Assembly (NCBI GenBank): GCA_964035545.1
Contig: CAXIUT010000253.1
Span: 1 to 25,990 of the forward strand
Reading direction: 5' to 3'
DNA: 25,990 nucleotides
DNA from: Bugula neritina
Lineage: Eukaryota; Animalia; Bryozoa
Shown: in pieces, positions 11,469 through 22,990 of the stretch
Layout: every line of letters starts with the position of its first letter
Position numbering within the stretch: position 1 is the stretch's first letter
Program-made: the position numbers and the translations under genes
The notes under the pieces: model-generated
Told to the model about the DNA's origin: nothing
Seen by the model: only the letters and a program-made list of their open reading frames with translations
Database searches by the model: none

Positions 11469-14033
11469 TCAAGGTTGTTATGACTATTTTAGTTATTAAG
11501 GATGAGATTAGGGTTTATTTTTTTGTTCAGGTTGTGATGGAGATTAAATTTATGGTTTGCTTTATAATTGTTATTTTGATTATTAATGCTATTTTGGTTT
11601 TTATTGTGATTTTATTGGCTAATTGACAACTTATATTTCTTAAATTTTATCATAAATTGGCTATTAAATTTTATTTTAAACTATTTCTTAAACTTTATCT
11701 TTCTTTTCTTATTTAATATCTTATATTTATTAGCCTTTCTCTTTTTATTCCTTTTTACTCTATTAAACCTCCTCTTATTTCTCTTATTTCTCTTATTTCT
11801 CTTCTTTCTCTTATTTCTCTTCTTTCTCTTATTTCTCTTATTTCTCTTATTTCTCTTATTTCTCTTATTTCTCTTCTTTCTCTTATTTCTCTTCTTTCTC
11901 TTATTTCTCTTATTTCTCTTATTTCTCTTATTTCTCTTATTTCTCTTATTTCTCTTATTTCTCTTATTTCTCTTATTTCTCTTATTTCTCTTATTTCTCT
12001 TCTTTCTCTTATTTCTCTTCTTTCTCTTATTTCTCTTCTTTCTCTTATTTCTCTTATTTCTCTTATTTCTCTTATTTCTCTTCTTTCTCTTATTTCTCTT
12101 CTTTCTCTTATTTCTCTTATTTCTCTTATTTCTCTTATTTCTCTTATTTCTCTTCTTTCTCTTATTTCTCTTCTTTCTCTTATTTCTCTTATTTCTCTTA
12201 TTTCTCTTATTTCTCTTATTTCTCTTCTTTCTCTTATTTCTCTTCTTTCTCTTATTTCTCTTATTTCTCTTATTTCTCTTATTTCTCTTATTTCTCTTAT
12301 TTCTCTTATTTCTCTTATTTCTCTTATTTCTCTTATTTCTCTTATTTCTCTTCTTTCTCTTCTTTCTCTTCTTTCTCCTCTTTTTCAATTTTTCTTTTCT
12401 AATTAACATCCAACTAATCCATCCTCTCCAAAATATACTTAGTATCATAATCGATAACATCTTCTTCTTCCATAACCTGATTCTCCTTCTTAAAATAATG
12501 CTCCTGTTTACCGACAACTTCCATAAAATTCTAAAAATGCTGATCCAAATCAATCCCCATAGTATCATTCAATTTAACTCCAGATTAAAAATCCTTTTAT
12601 TTACTTTTAGGATATCTTCTACTCCTTATATACACACTATAGTATTTCATTGCCTCTTTGAATGGCGAACCATAAATCTAAGTCATCAAATTTATCAATT
12701 ATTCGCCTCGAGATTGAACATATTATGGATTTTAGTCAGTTATTATCGTTTAAAATTGGTAGAATATCAAATTGCCAGGACATGAATGAGTTGAGTTGTC
12801 AAATAGAAAGAGATAGATCGGATTTGGAAAGTTTGGTAACTAGTTGATAAAACATAGTGAAGGACATTATTACTATTTACCCATTTTTTATGTCAATATA
12901 AATACCCGAAGAATCTTCTACTAGTAATAATCCTATTATACGCCTTGTAACTTCAAATGACTCGACCCGTAAAACACCTCTTTGGTATTAATAGTTTTTT
13001 AAGGTGCTAAATTAGTTTTTATCTAAAAGATTTCCCCTTTTCTATCGATAGATTCAATATCTACTTTAGGATGTAGTATATAGATAGATCCAAAGATAGA
13101 AGCAATTCTACTATAAGCCTGAGGAATATCACCAATACCACTATCAACATACAAATACGGTATTTCCCCATAAATCCCACAAGATTTAATAAACTTGCCA
13201 AATTTCATGATAAAACCTTTCAAAGTATACAACTCCCTAGAATGCTAAGGTATAGGTCTCTAGTAATTATACTGATAATTACAAATAATATAGGTAAGAT
13301 AGTTAATAATTTTTTTATTCTTCTTTGTCATTTTTTAAACAAAACCCAAAAAAGGAAGATCAATCCCTTACAAAAACTCTTTATACAAACCATCATCTAA
13401 TGCCACGATATCTTTATCAAATTATTTGGTAGAATTCATGTCGAATTATACATTCATAAATTTCTGATATACTTTCATCAATTTATGCAAAGAAGACAGC
13501 AACAACTTCTTCTACAACATCGACAAAGAACTAGATGAAAATATCTTGCCCTTAGATAGAGGCACAGCCTGGAATCTGTTATTTTCAATATGTAAAATAT
13601 TTTTTATCAAATGGAAATCCATGTATTTATCCATATCTGCCTCCTTCAATTGCTAACAAGTTGTACTCGATGCAAAGAATATGCTAGGCTCGATATCTAT
13701 ACTAAACCCTCGATGTTTTTTAGATTATAGACATTCATTGTAGAATATCTAATTTTTTTACATATGATGTTGTGGAGTAACAAAATTGTATAAAAATTAT
13801 GTCTGTTTCAAAGACGATAACTGATGAAATTCCTTAAGAGTTAAAGTTTTGATAGAAGAACCATAAGTTTTAGCAGTATCTATTATCAATCCCACCTTCC
13901 CATGCATTTTAGCTTTATGAGCAGCTATCAAAGTCTCCTGCAACCCAGTTCCAAATATAACGAAATCAGGTGTCAGTTGATTTTCTTCCAGTGTGTATGG
14001 TAACTTGTCATAGAAATCATCATGCTAGGCCAT
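11469..14033 (-). CDS. CHM: Rab escort protein (REP, GDI/CHM/Mrs6 family), 854 aa, with long acidic EEK-repeat tail
   Basis: Intronless 855-codon frame. Motifs DFVIFGTGLQETLIAA, GFSIDIEP, DMDKYMDF, VPLSKGKIFSSSSLSMLEKK, SCGIYGEIPYLYVDSGIGDIPQAYSRIASIFGSIYIL match REP/GDI conserved regions, closer to REP. Confidence 0.88.
11772..12378 (-). repeat. Coding 9-bp minisatellite, ~67 copies of (GAA/TAA)GAGAAA = (EEK)n
   Basis: Plus strand TTTCTCTTA / TTTCTCTTC units, in frame with REP; the two variants differ only by TAA versus GAA. Confidence 0.95.
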
Positions 14034-14117
14034 TTCTGAGGATTTATCAAATATATATTAATATTAAATCTAACTAATGAACTCTTGATATATACTCTCA
14101 GATATAATCACTAAACA

Positions 14118-15008
14118 ATGGAATAACACGGTCTCAAGAATGGATCATATTTTTATATCACCAACCGCAACAACAACGCATAGACCACCCTAGCACTCAC
14201 ATACACTTCAGATAGTTTGCATCCATAAATATGTTTCAAAGAGCTAGATTAGGCATCGCAAGATCAAGTCTGGATGATAGAATAAATCAAAAATAATTAA
14301 TATTAAATCGTACATGCATATTCTACTTTGGTACTAGCTGCTAGCCAAGTTAAAGTTTGGATGTAAGTTGGCAATTGGAATGTCAGACAACTTTTCTTTG
14401 TTCAAAAAAGTGATCCCAAAAATAACCCTTATTAGTATTGGATCAAAACCTAAAAATTGTCAGATAACTACCTGCAATTTTAAAATACACTCAAATGCTG
14501 CTAAGCCAACCCAAAAGCAAGCAAATGCCGATGGTAACTCCGCCCAATTACTCATAAAAACTAACTACTCAATACCTCACTCATGCAATTCGCATATTCA
14601 GGACTCTACATGGACTTGCCAGCTTCTTCCCTCCAAGCTGGAGTAAAAATAATCCAATATAAATTGAACAGTCGATGCAACCAGAGATGGAAACTGATAA
14701 AAATGCGATAAAAAGATTAATACATGATAGTGAGCATGAGAAGCAAGATGTGTCTGACTGTCAAAGACGGAAAATAAAAACCTGGAACCAGAATAGTCCA
14801 ACAAACACCCATGAACTAGGTCAAAGGACAAATATGGACTCTAAACCATCAAGGTCTCAGTCTGTTTATCATCCAGTCTAAAGTCAAACATGGACTCTTT
14901 CTCGGCATGTACAAAAATTCAATGAACGAATAAGCTGAACTCGTCCTAACCAATCGCTAATAATACGCCTTCTGGAGGATAATAGGCGGTCCCAACCTAA
15001 CAGAGTGA
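14118..15008 (+). CDS. Ricin-B-type (beta-trefoil, QxW repeat) lectin domain protein, 296 aa, probably two trefoils
   Basis: Repeats DQVWMIE, SGLYMDLPASSLQAGVKIIQYKLNSRCNQRWKL, SKMCLTVKDGKEKPGTRIVQQ...GQIWTL; intronless; no signal peptide seen. Confidence 0.85.
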
Positions 15009-15058
15009 TCTCAATAACGATAATATCCAAATATTGATAAATATAATAATAATCAATC

Positions 15059-15827
15059 TCAAATATCAACTACATGTTCCACCAACTGCTAAATAACATT
15101 GATAAGCAATTGCTAATTCTGCTATCTCTATCTTTATTCCTGATATATTTTTTACACACTATTTTTGTATATATTTTTAAGAGATTACACAGTTTTATTC
15201 TCCTTTTCTTAACGACTGCGAATATCACTCTAAAATATCTGTTTTAGATCTTTCAACTGCTTTGAAAACTGAACTGATAGACGGGTCTATAACTGATGAC
15301 GCGCCTGCTTCAATATCAACAACTAGTCAGATATTGCCGATATCTTTGCTTCAAGACTCTACATCTGATCGATCAGTTCATTCTATATATAATTTATTTT
15401 ACATTGTTATTAATTTTAGACTACAACTATTTCTTCTAATTCCTTATCAAAATCCCTATCTTCTACTACAACTTCTTCTCCTGCTAATTAAAACTATGAC
15501 CCACCTGTGCTAAAGTATTCTTCATCTGCTTCTACAACTTGCTAACAGTCTGATTAAACATCTCATCTAAATAAACAATTAAATACTCTTTTGCTGTTTA
15601 CTCTAATTCTATTAAACCACAGATAGCTCCAACTTTTTCATCATATCACTCAAATTCTTAATTTTTTTACTACTATCAACCTATGAACACTCCAACTCCT
15701 CTCTCAATCGATTGAGTTCCAGCCCAGATATCTTAGGCATCTCGATTTTACCTTTACTACTTGAGTGGCCAGCATGCGACAACCTATTCAACAACTTCGC
15801 TGCTTTGTCTTAGAACTAATTACTCAT
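15059..15827 (-). CDS. Coiled-coil protein, possibly SF-assemblin/beta-giardin (striated fibre) like, ~235-242 aa
   Basis: Frame restored by 20-nt introns 15567-15586 and 15383-15402 (a 21-nt intron 15484-15504 is optional). C-terminus EKIYQEEREREQNEQLLINVIEQLVEHVVDI* resembles SF-assemblin tails; family call is inference. Confidence 0.6.
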
Positions 15828-15869
15828 ATTGTTTTGAATAAATAGAAAATATACAAATTTTAAAATCAA

Positions 15870-18029
15870 TCATGATACATTTTTAGGAAAGAAATAACTC
15901 ATAGTCATATCGTATTTTATCTATGTCCCCGTTCCCTATAAATATTTGTATTTCACATGGCCACCCAGCAACTGTCGATTGCGTCTTCTGTTCTTATGCA
16001 ATTGAGATATTATATCCTCATAATTTTATTTACCATTGTGAAATGGTTACTAGAATGAGTGACTTTTCATCTTCAAAAATTAATAATTTTCATCAATCAA
16101 ATTCCGAGTAGTATTTGATAAATTTACTTAAGGTTTGTAGCTACTATAAGTCAAAAGTTGCTAAAATTACGGCTAAAATATAAAATTAGAACCCCGTGAA
16201 GCCAAAGATATCCCATATGTTAACATCTTATACACACATCTCAAGATATCATGCTCTCTGATGCTATTAGTCTGCATAGTTAACCAAAATATATAAAAAT
16301 ATTATTTTACCAATTGACTAGAACTGATATACACCTTCAATCCTGGATGCATCTACTTGAATACCTTTTAGACAATTCCATTATTATGTTTCAATTTAGT
16401 ATTTTTATCAAAAACCGATGTAGGAAATTCCACCTTCTTAAGATCGTCTGGTTTGAACATAATCTGATACAATAAATACGGCATCTATATCAATACAACA
16501 ATACTGCTGAAAATTAATCCGCTTCTCCGTAATTTTCGTTAACCCTAACATCATAACCAACCATCGTATCATATAGTTTACAGGCACGATCCATCTTCAA
16601 ATAGATATTTTTGTGATAATGCAAATTATGAAAAAATGTCTAGAAAAGAATCGATGGTTTAGCATGCAACTAAACAAAAGATCTGTAGCTGTTGAATATA
16701 TTTTTTTGTGATGTTTTTGAAGAATTTATCTTTTGAAGAAATTCATTTGTACTAGTTGCTGTATCTTTAGAAAAAGCAAATTTCAATCTATTCAACACAT
16801 CTACAATAACATATAATAATACCTTTAGGAGCAAGTCCCTGGCTCTTCTTGAATCTCACCAACAACTACAAAATACCAACACTACTCCTCACATCATTAT
16901 TGCACATCACGCATATTTTAGTCAATAAATCAGTCTATATATAAATCTCCTCCCTCTCAGTTATCTATCGCAACCGTCTCACCAGTCGGTCCTCCTGCAA
17001 CTGTGAAAAATATACAGTTATCGACTTCCCTCGCAACTCCTTCAACCCGCGGACATAAGGATCGTTGCAAATGAAAATAACTGGCCTGTCTATCTTTGTT
17101 TTTCTTTATTATTTTGGCTGTTCGTTTTCTTGCTGGGGTTTATTGATTTTTGTTTTAGAGCTGTTTTATTTGGTTATTTTCTTTGCATTTTTGTCTGCTT
17201 TTTACGGTCGCAAATCAGCAGGCAAAACACCACTTTCAATATATTGCAAAACATCTCGAATTCCATTAGAATCACTATCCAAAGCACCATCCACCTCATC
17301 AATTATCACACATACAGGTTTCTGCTCCCGTCCAATAGTTCTATTACTAACCAAGTTGTCAATTTTAGTTATCAGACTTCGAGCAGATCGATCATCAGAA
17401 GCATTGATCTCTTAGTAATGATATCCGCAGTGACGAGCCACTACTCTGGCCAGAGTTGTCTTTCCGCATCCTGGAGGACCAGACAGTAAAATCAACTTTT
17501 TATAGTTAAACTATTGAGGGATCCAAGGTTGTTTAGTTGTTTGCCCACGTCTAAAGAAAGAACTAGTTTGCTGTACTTTGTTTATTTTCTTTTTGAATAC
17601 GATTTCATCCCATGATTTAAGCCAAGTCAATACATTTCTATTGATCAATTCATCAGTTAACAACTAAATAAACTTTCTAGGTTAGTACTTCTTCACCCAC
17701 TCAGAACCATGCACCAACTCCTACTTAGAAACAGCTATTTTGTCATGTTATTCCTTCTAGGCATCTTTCAAATATCCAAAATCTTTGATCTCACTCTCAT
17801 CTTTGCTCCTCTCACTTTCTACTTACATAGTTTCGATGTTGTAGTACATAGTGATAGGATTGCATTGTTAATTATTAGTAATGTAAAGAGTTACCGGTTG
17901 GGCCTGATGATCACGAGATGAGTAGTAGTGAAATTATGGATTGTTTGGTGTTAGATTGGAATTGAAAGAGTTTAGCCAGGTTGGAGTGTGGGTGAAGATT
18001 GGACGATGTTGTTTTTGGCGCTATATCAT
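15870..18029 (-). CDS. CTF18: Chromosome transmission fidelity protein 18 (alternative RFC clamp-loader large subunit), ~705 aa
   Basis: [35 protein letters not shown], Walker [19 protein letters not shown], Walker [25 protein letters not shown] and C-terminal VKYKYLEG. Introns 16801-16822 (22 nt) and 16485-16504 (20 nt). Confidence 0.93.
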
Positions 18030-18204
18030 CTTTATAATTAATGAATTAGCTTTTTATTATTGTATTTTAGGAATAATCATTTATCTTGAAAATCATATCC
18101 CAAATACTTTTTATGCATTTAAAAGACAACTTTTTGACTAAAATATTTTTTGTTATTTTAAAACTGATAAAAACTCATTTAATCATCCTGTTATTATTAT
18201 TAAA

Positions 18205-18930
18205 ATGAACTTTATCGAATAACTGGTCAATTCTCAAACTCCCTTCTGCACTCATAACTGCGGTTGTCTCATTTCTGCTCTCTCCCAAGCATATAAAAAC
18301 CTAAAATACGGTCTAGTTATCAGTCTTGCCCTGCAATTCCTTCGAACTCTCAAAACTATGATAAAAAATCCAACTACTCTCTCCCAAACAATTAAAAGGG
18401 ATTATTTCACAATAGCTCTCTTTCTTCCGGCCATCGCTCTCGTCCTAAAAGTAGTCCGCTGCACTCTTAGACGAATTAGATAGAAAGATGATGGAATCAA
18501 CAGTATCCTATCCGGAGCTGCAGCTGGCTGGGTAGCCACAAAAACCTTATCAAAAGATTATTGGTATTTTTATCTAACTTTTATCGGATCACGTCTGATC
18601 GGAGCAGCTCACAAAGCCCTCATTTAAAAAGGAATTCTCTCAAAGTAAAGTACTCATTGGCATGCATGGGCAATGATGGCATTCGCGCATACCATTCACT
18701 CTCTAGGTTATTTTCTGCATCCATTTATCCTAAAAGAAGATATGTATGGATTATACTAAAAAATGAGTGCCCTAACTACCAAATAGAAACGTTGGCATCA
18801 TGCAGCTCTCACCTACTCCCATCGAGGCATGCTCAGAAAATACGGTCCCAATCCCTAATTCGATGCCATCAGCGTAGCAAGAATGAATAGATTAGAACAG
18901 ACAATTCAAAAATAATTAGCCAGAAAATGA
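18205..18930 (+). CDS. TMEM135/PXMP4-like (Tim17 superfamily) membrane protein, 241 aa
   Basis: Motif VRCTLRRIREKDDGINSILSGAAAG plus N-terminal CTHNCGC; intronless; ends TGA TGA. Confidence 0.75.
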
Positions 18931-18953
18931 TGATTATAACTGATTATATTCGA

Positions 18954-19584
18954 ATGCTAACCCTTACAGAAAAGTAACTCGGACACGCTTTATTCTACTC
19001 CCTCAAACGAGGAGATATCGATCATGCTGACTACCTTCTCTCCATCGATGCCCCCACACAAACCAGCTACTTCACCTCTCAAGACAAAGTAGCCTATACT
19101 CAAAGTATTAAATGAAAATAGTTAGATCTGATGGCTGGTTTCGTTGTGAAATATGTTAAAAAATATGGTATATTGCATGCTAGATCACAACAGGCTTTAG
19201 GCATTTTCGATCGTTTCTGTAAAAGCAAAGTCGATCTCAGATGCCACTGTGTACCCAAACATGCTCATTACTGTGCAATTGGATAGGCTTTGAAGTATAT
19301 GACTATCACCAAACCTGAAGGTACGATTGATTGGATGTAGATCTAATGATTTAGGAGAATTTTATCATTTTGGTTAAGTTAGTACTAAATGGTGCCACTT
19401 TCAAGAATCTAAATAACTCGAAAGATTATATATTCAGTGCTCTTAAAGAGGTATAAACCTTTATCGAAACACGAAGAGATCTGGCAGTCGCTATAAACTA
19501 AAACAACAAAAGAAATCGCAGCTAAAAAGAAAATAGACCCACCAGTTGCCATCGCCATTGCAAACTCTGATATTTTAGCTTTGA
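18954..19584 (+). CDS. Hypothetical protein with weak ankyrin-like helices; 3' end ambiguous
   Basis: MLTLTEKELGHALFYSLKRGDIDHADYLLSIDA...; introns 19105-19125 (21 nt) and 19321-19340 (20 nt). Candidate stops at 19568, 19582 or 19611 depending on frame. Confidence 0.5.
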
Positions 19585-19645
19585 TAATCATAAATTATGA
19601 ATCAGTAAACTGATTGAAATTTGATTTTGTTTTATAATACACAAT

Positions 19646-20034
19646 ATGAGTTTGAACTAAAACGGACTACTCATGCCCACCTGGTCTGTCAGTCACAACT
19701 ACCACCAAATAACATAAGGAATAATCGTCGGAATATCATTCGGATGGATCTTTGCAGCAATTACCTTCTATATTGTAGGCATGTGTATAATTTGTAAATG
19801 CATTCCCAAGAGAAAAGAGGTCGACAGTGATGATGAAGGCTAAAAAAGGAGAAGGAAGGATTCTACTTAGTATAAAGGGAAGATGTAAATTTGTGTTTAT
19901 TTAGTTCTGGAAGTAAGGGAAATAAAGAGGCTATTAGAAAGAGATTGCCTGAGTATAATCCTACTACTTTGGAGTTGGCAGAACCAGAACAACCTTTAGA
20001 AATTGATTTTTAGCTGAAATAGAGAGATTAATGA
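19646..20034 (+). CDS. Small single-pass membrane protein, 122 aa
   Basis: TM segment GIIVGISFGWIFAAITFYIVGMCIIC followed by a charged tail; 20-nt intron 19885-19904; TGA 20032. Confidence 0.75.
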
Positions 20035-20344
20035 ATGATTAATCAATAAAGAGTATTATCAAATATTAAAATTACAAATATTTATATTCATTAAAATATT
20101 GATTTATAAGTAAGATAACACTGGATAGTAAATGATTTTATTTTATGAGTAATATTTTTATTATAAATCGTTTAATATATATCAATATAATAAATCTACT
20201 AAATAAAAAATATCAAAAAATATCAGTTATCTTTCAATGTCGTAATTTTCAATCCTTATCTTCTTATACATTTAAAAAATCCCATTTAAATCATAGATAT
20301 ATATCTATAGTTATTATTGATTAAGTTTAACTTTAAGAAAATCC

Positions 20345-21502
20345 ATGAAATACCTAAAAAAGCTCTTCCTCTGCAACAACACCGACCAATAGATCAAATA
20401 ACCCCCCAGCATCTTAACATCCTGCCTATATAACACCAAAAAACCCAATAAAAACACTTCCACTTCAAACCCAAAATCAAGCAAAGTGAGTACATCAAGA
20501 CCATTCTCATCATTTTTCTAATAACCAAAAACAAACGACATCTAATCTAAAATAATAACACTCAAATAACTAAAAAACAAAAGAATATAAGAAATAGATT
20601 TTGGTTTATTTGTTGGAACAATCAATACAAATAAATTATCATTGATTCAATTTTAGAACTATACAATCAATATAGGTAAAAATAAATAGATAAATAATTT
20701 GTATTCTATGAGAAATAGATGTTTAGATAGTTTGATTGTTTTCTATGGAAATCTAGGTTGCTAATTTACTATTTAGTAGTTGATATTATGTGGACAAAAA
20801 CTTGTTGTTGTATTTTAGGAATGGTAAATCATGAAAAGTATTATAAAATGTATCGATAAATAAATATTAATACATTTTGGATAAAAATAACTCATATAAT
20901 GTCTTCATCTACTCCATTTCAATATCATCAAAGTGTCATCATACTTTATAGTCTAATTTTATGATAGTTAATAAGAAATAAAATAAATTATAAAAAATTC
21001 AATAGGAATATAACTAAAATAACATATATTTGAACTAATTACGTAGAAATTGAATTTATCTGAATATATTAAATTAAAAAATAATAATCCAAGAATCCTA
21101 AAAAAAGTAAAAGAATATATCTAATTAATATAAAAATAATAAATACTAAAAATGAAGATAAATAGTCCATTATTGTTAAGTAAAATGACAAATACATAAA
21201 AAAAATAAGTCATATCAGAACATCTAAGACAAAGTCTATCAAGTTAAGTATAAATAAATTATTATTGCCAACAATTAACATCAAATAAAAGAAATAATAC
21301 ACCTAGAAATATATAAATTGATCTAGAAATATTCAATTTAAATTTTATAAATAGCTAATAAAAAATAGAATAATAAAGTATAAAAAAATAAAATTTAACA
21401 AGTCCTAAACAAAAGAAAAGAAATAGAACCAAAAGTTAAGATAGAAGCTATTCTACCTTTGCCAACTTCGAAGATTAAGATCTCTTCGATCGATACAAAT
21501 GA
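20345..21502 (+). CDS. Hypothetical protein, 385 aa
   Basis: Intronless TGA-free frame MKYLKKLFLCNNTDQE...FEDEDLFDRYK*, ending TGATAA. Confidence 0.75.
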
Positions 21503-21575
21503 TAATTTCTTGTTTTTTTATTATTTATTAATTAAAGAATTAAATTTTGATTCTTTTATAATTAATATATTCAAA

Positions 21576-22405
21576 ATGGGTTGGTCAACAAATTAGAAGT
21601 ACATTATAGAGTGATATATAGAGCTCAAGATAAAAGAAATAAATAAGAAGCCAAGAAAAAAGAAAAAGCTCAACATAAGTAATAAGAAAAATAGAGTAAG
21701 AAATGGAAAGATTCAGAAACTGATAAAAAAATCAATGCTCAGGTTTTCATATTATTAATATAGCGATAAAAATAATAAAGAAAAGAGAAATAATTAGCTA
21801 GAAAAAGATAACTTAAAGAACTTGCTGAACAATAAGAAAGATAACTATAAAAAGTTAGTATTTAATAAAATAACAATAGATAGAAAGAAATAATTATTCA
21901 ATGAAAAGAAATTAACTCAAGCTGAAATAGCCAGAAATATGGAAATAAATTAAAGACAAGCTGAAAAAGATAAAGATAACTAAAAAATATTTTATTAATA
22001 AAATCCTAATAGAGCCTTAGGTGATTACTAGGTGACTGGTACTGTTGAAGAAGCTTTGCAAGTGCTTGAAGGTGGCTAAGATAAACATCCTTAGAAAAGA
22101 TTCAAAGCTGCTTTTGAAGCTTACTGTGATAAACGAGACATTGGTGTCCGAGTAGAATATCCCAAGTTAAAGCGATCTCAGCGTTTGAATTTGATGCGAA
22201 AAGAGGTAGATATTTAATAAAAATAGTTCGATAAACATCCTGACAATCCTTTTAACAAAAACGTTGTGGCTTTTAACGATAAAACAAAGAAAGAAGCACG
22301 TAAAGCAAAAGAATAAGAAAAGAAAGAAAAGGTTAAAGAATAAATCGGGTATTCTATATTTAAAATAGATAAAAAGTTTAATAAGTTAGAGAATAAACCG
22401 ACTGA
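21576..22405 (+). CDS. CCDC124: CCDC124/Lso2-family protein (DUF1014; ribosome hibernation factor family), 240 aa
   Basis: Motifs KLTQAEI, EENPNR, GTVEEALQVL, DKHPEKRFKAAFEAY, YPKLKRSQ, KEFDKHPDNPFN. Five introns: 21599-21621, 21743-21763, 21858-21879, 22206-22226, 22349-22368; spliced length 723 nt. Confidence 0.9.
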
Positions 22406-22457
22406 TTATATATCAGAACCTATTTCATTGATTATAATATAACTCACTATAATAAAA

Positions 22458-22940
22458 ATGTAAAACAAGAAAAAACTATCAGCAAAATAGATATTTCGAA
22501 CCCTAGCCTTCCACTATCACTTCGACAACAGCATACCTCTCGATCTACTCGCAGATATGATCAGTCTACTCTACTACCCAGTCAATCCTCAATAATAGCC
22601 TCGCCTGAAGTACAAGAAAGTACTTCTCGATTTCATGAAATAATACAATTCCCACTAAAAAACCATGAACTAAGACAAATTCTGTAAATTCGTCCAAGAT
22701 ATGAACAAACATACCAACGAATAATACTTAAAGAAACTAACCGACCGGGTCTTCAATAGGTATCGATGCAAGTAAGACGGAAGCGTTATCTAGGAATAAG
22801 GGTTTCTGAGGATGGCAGTCAGTTTAAAATTGCCATAGCAAGAAGCAAGATAATATTTTCTAAGTGTAGCTGATCTTAAAAATCAAATCACCAAATAAAA
22901 GTTTTGTTAATACATGAACTGCCTCCAAATAAAGAAATGA
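22458..22940 (+). CDS. Divergent EF-hand-like (calmodulin/centrin-sized) protein, 160 aa
   Basis: Intronless. Helix-loop-helix-like units TMNEDKFCKFV, VFNRYRCKEDGSVIEEEGF, ADLKNQITKEKFCEYM; canonical Ca ligands are mostly missing. Confidence 0.6.
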
Positions 22941-22990
22941 TAAATAGAATTATTTTTAAGATAATATTGATAAGAATTAGAAGTAGATAA

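Noticed and set aside
11772-12378. Repeat as a CRISPR array or interstitial telomere
   Set aside because: No spacers and no telomere motif; it is a plain coding minisatellite.
11681-12568. 295-aa poly-(KRN/KRK) ORF in the supplied track
   Set aside because: It is an off-frame reading of the 9-bp repeat; the frame continuous with REP reads (EEK)n under UAR=Glu.
20035-20344. Short ATG-initiated ORFs in the spacer
   Set aside because: Under 30 codons, intergenic composition, no motif.
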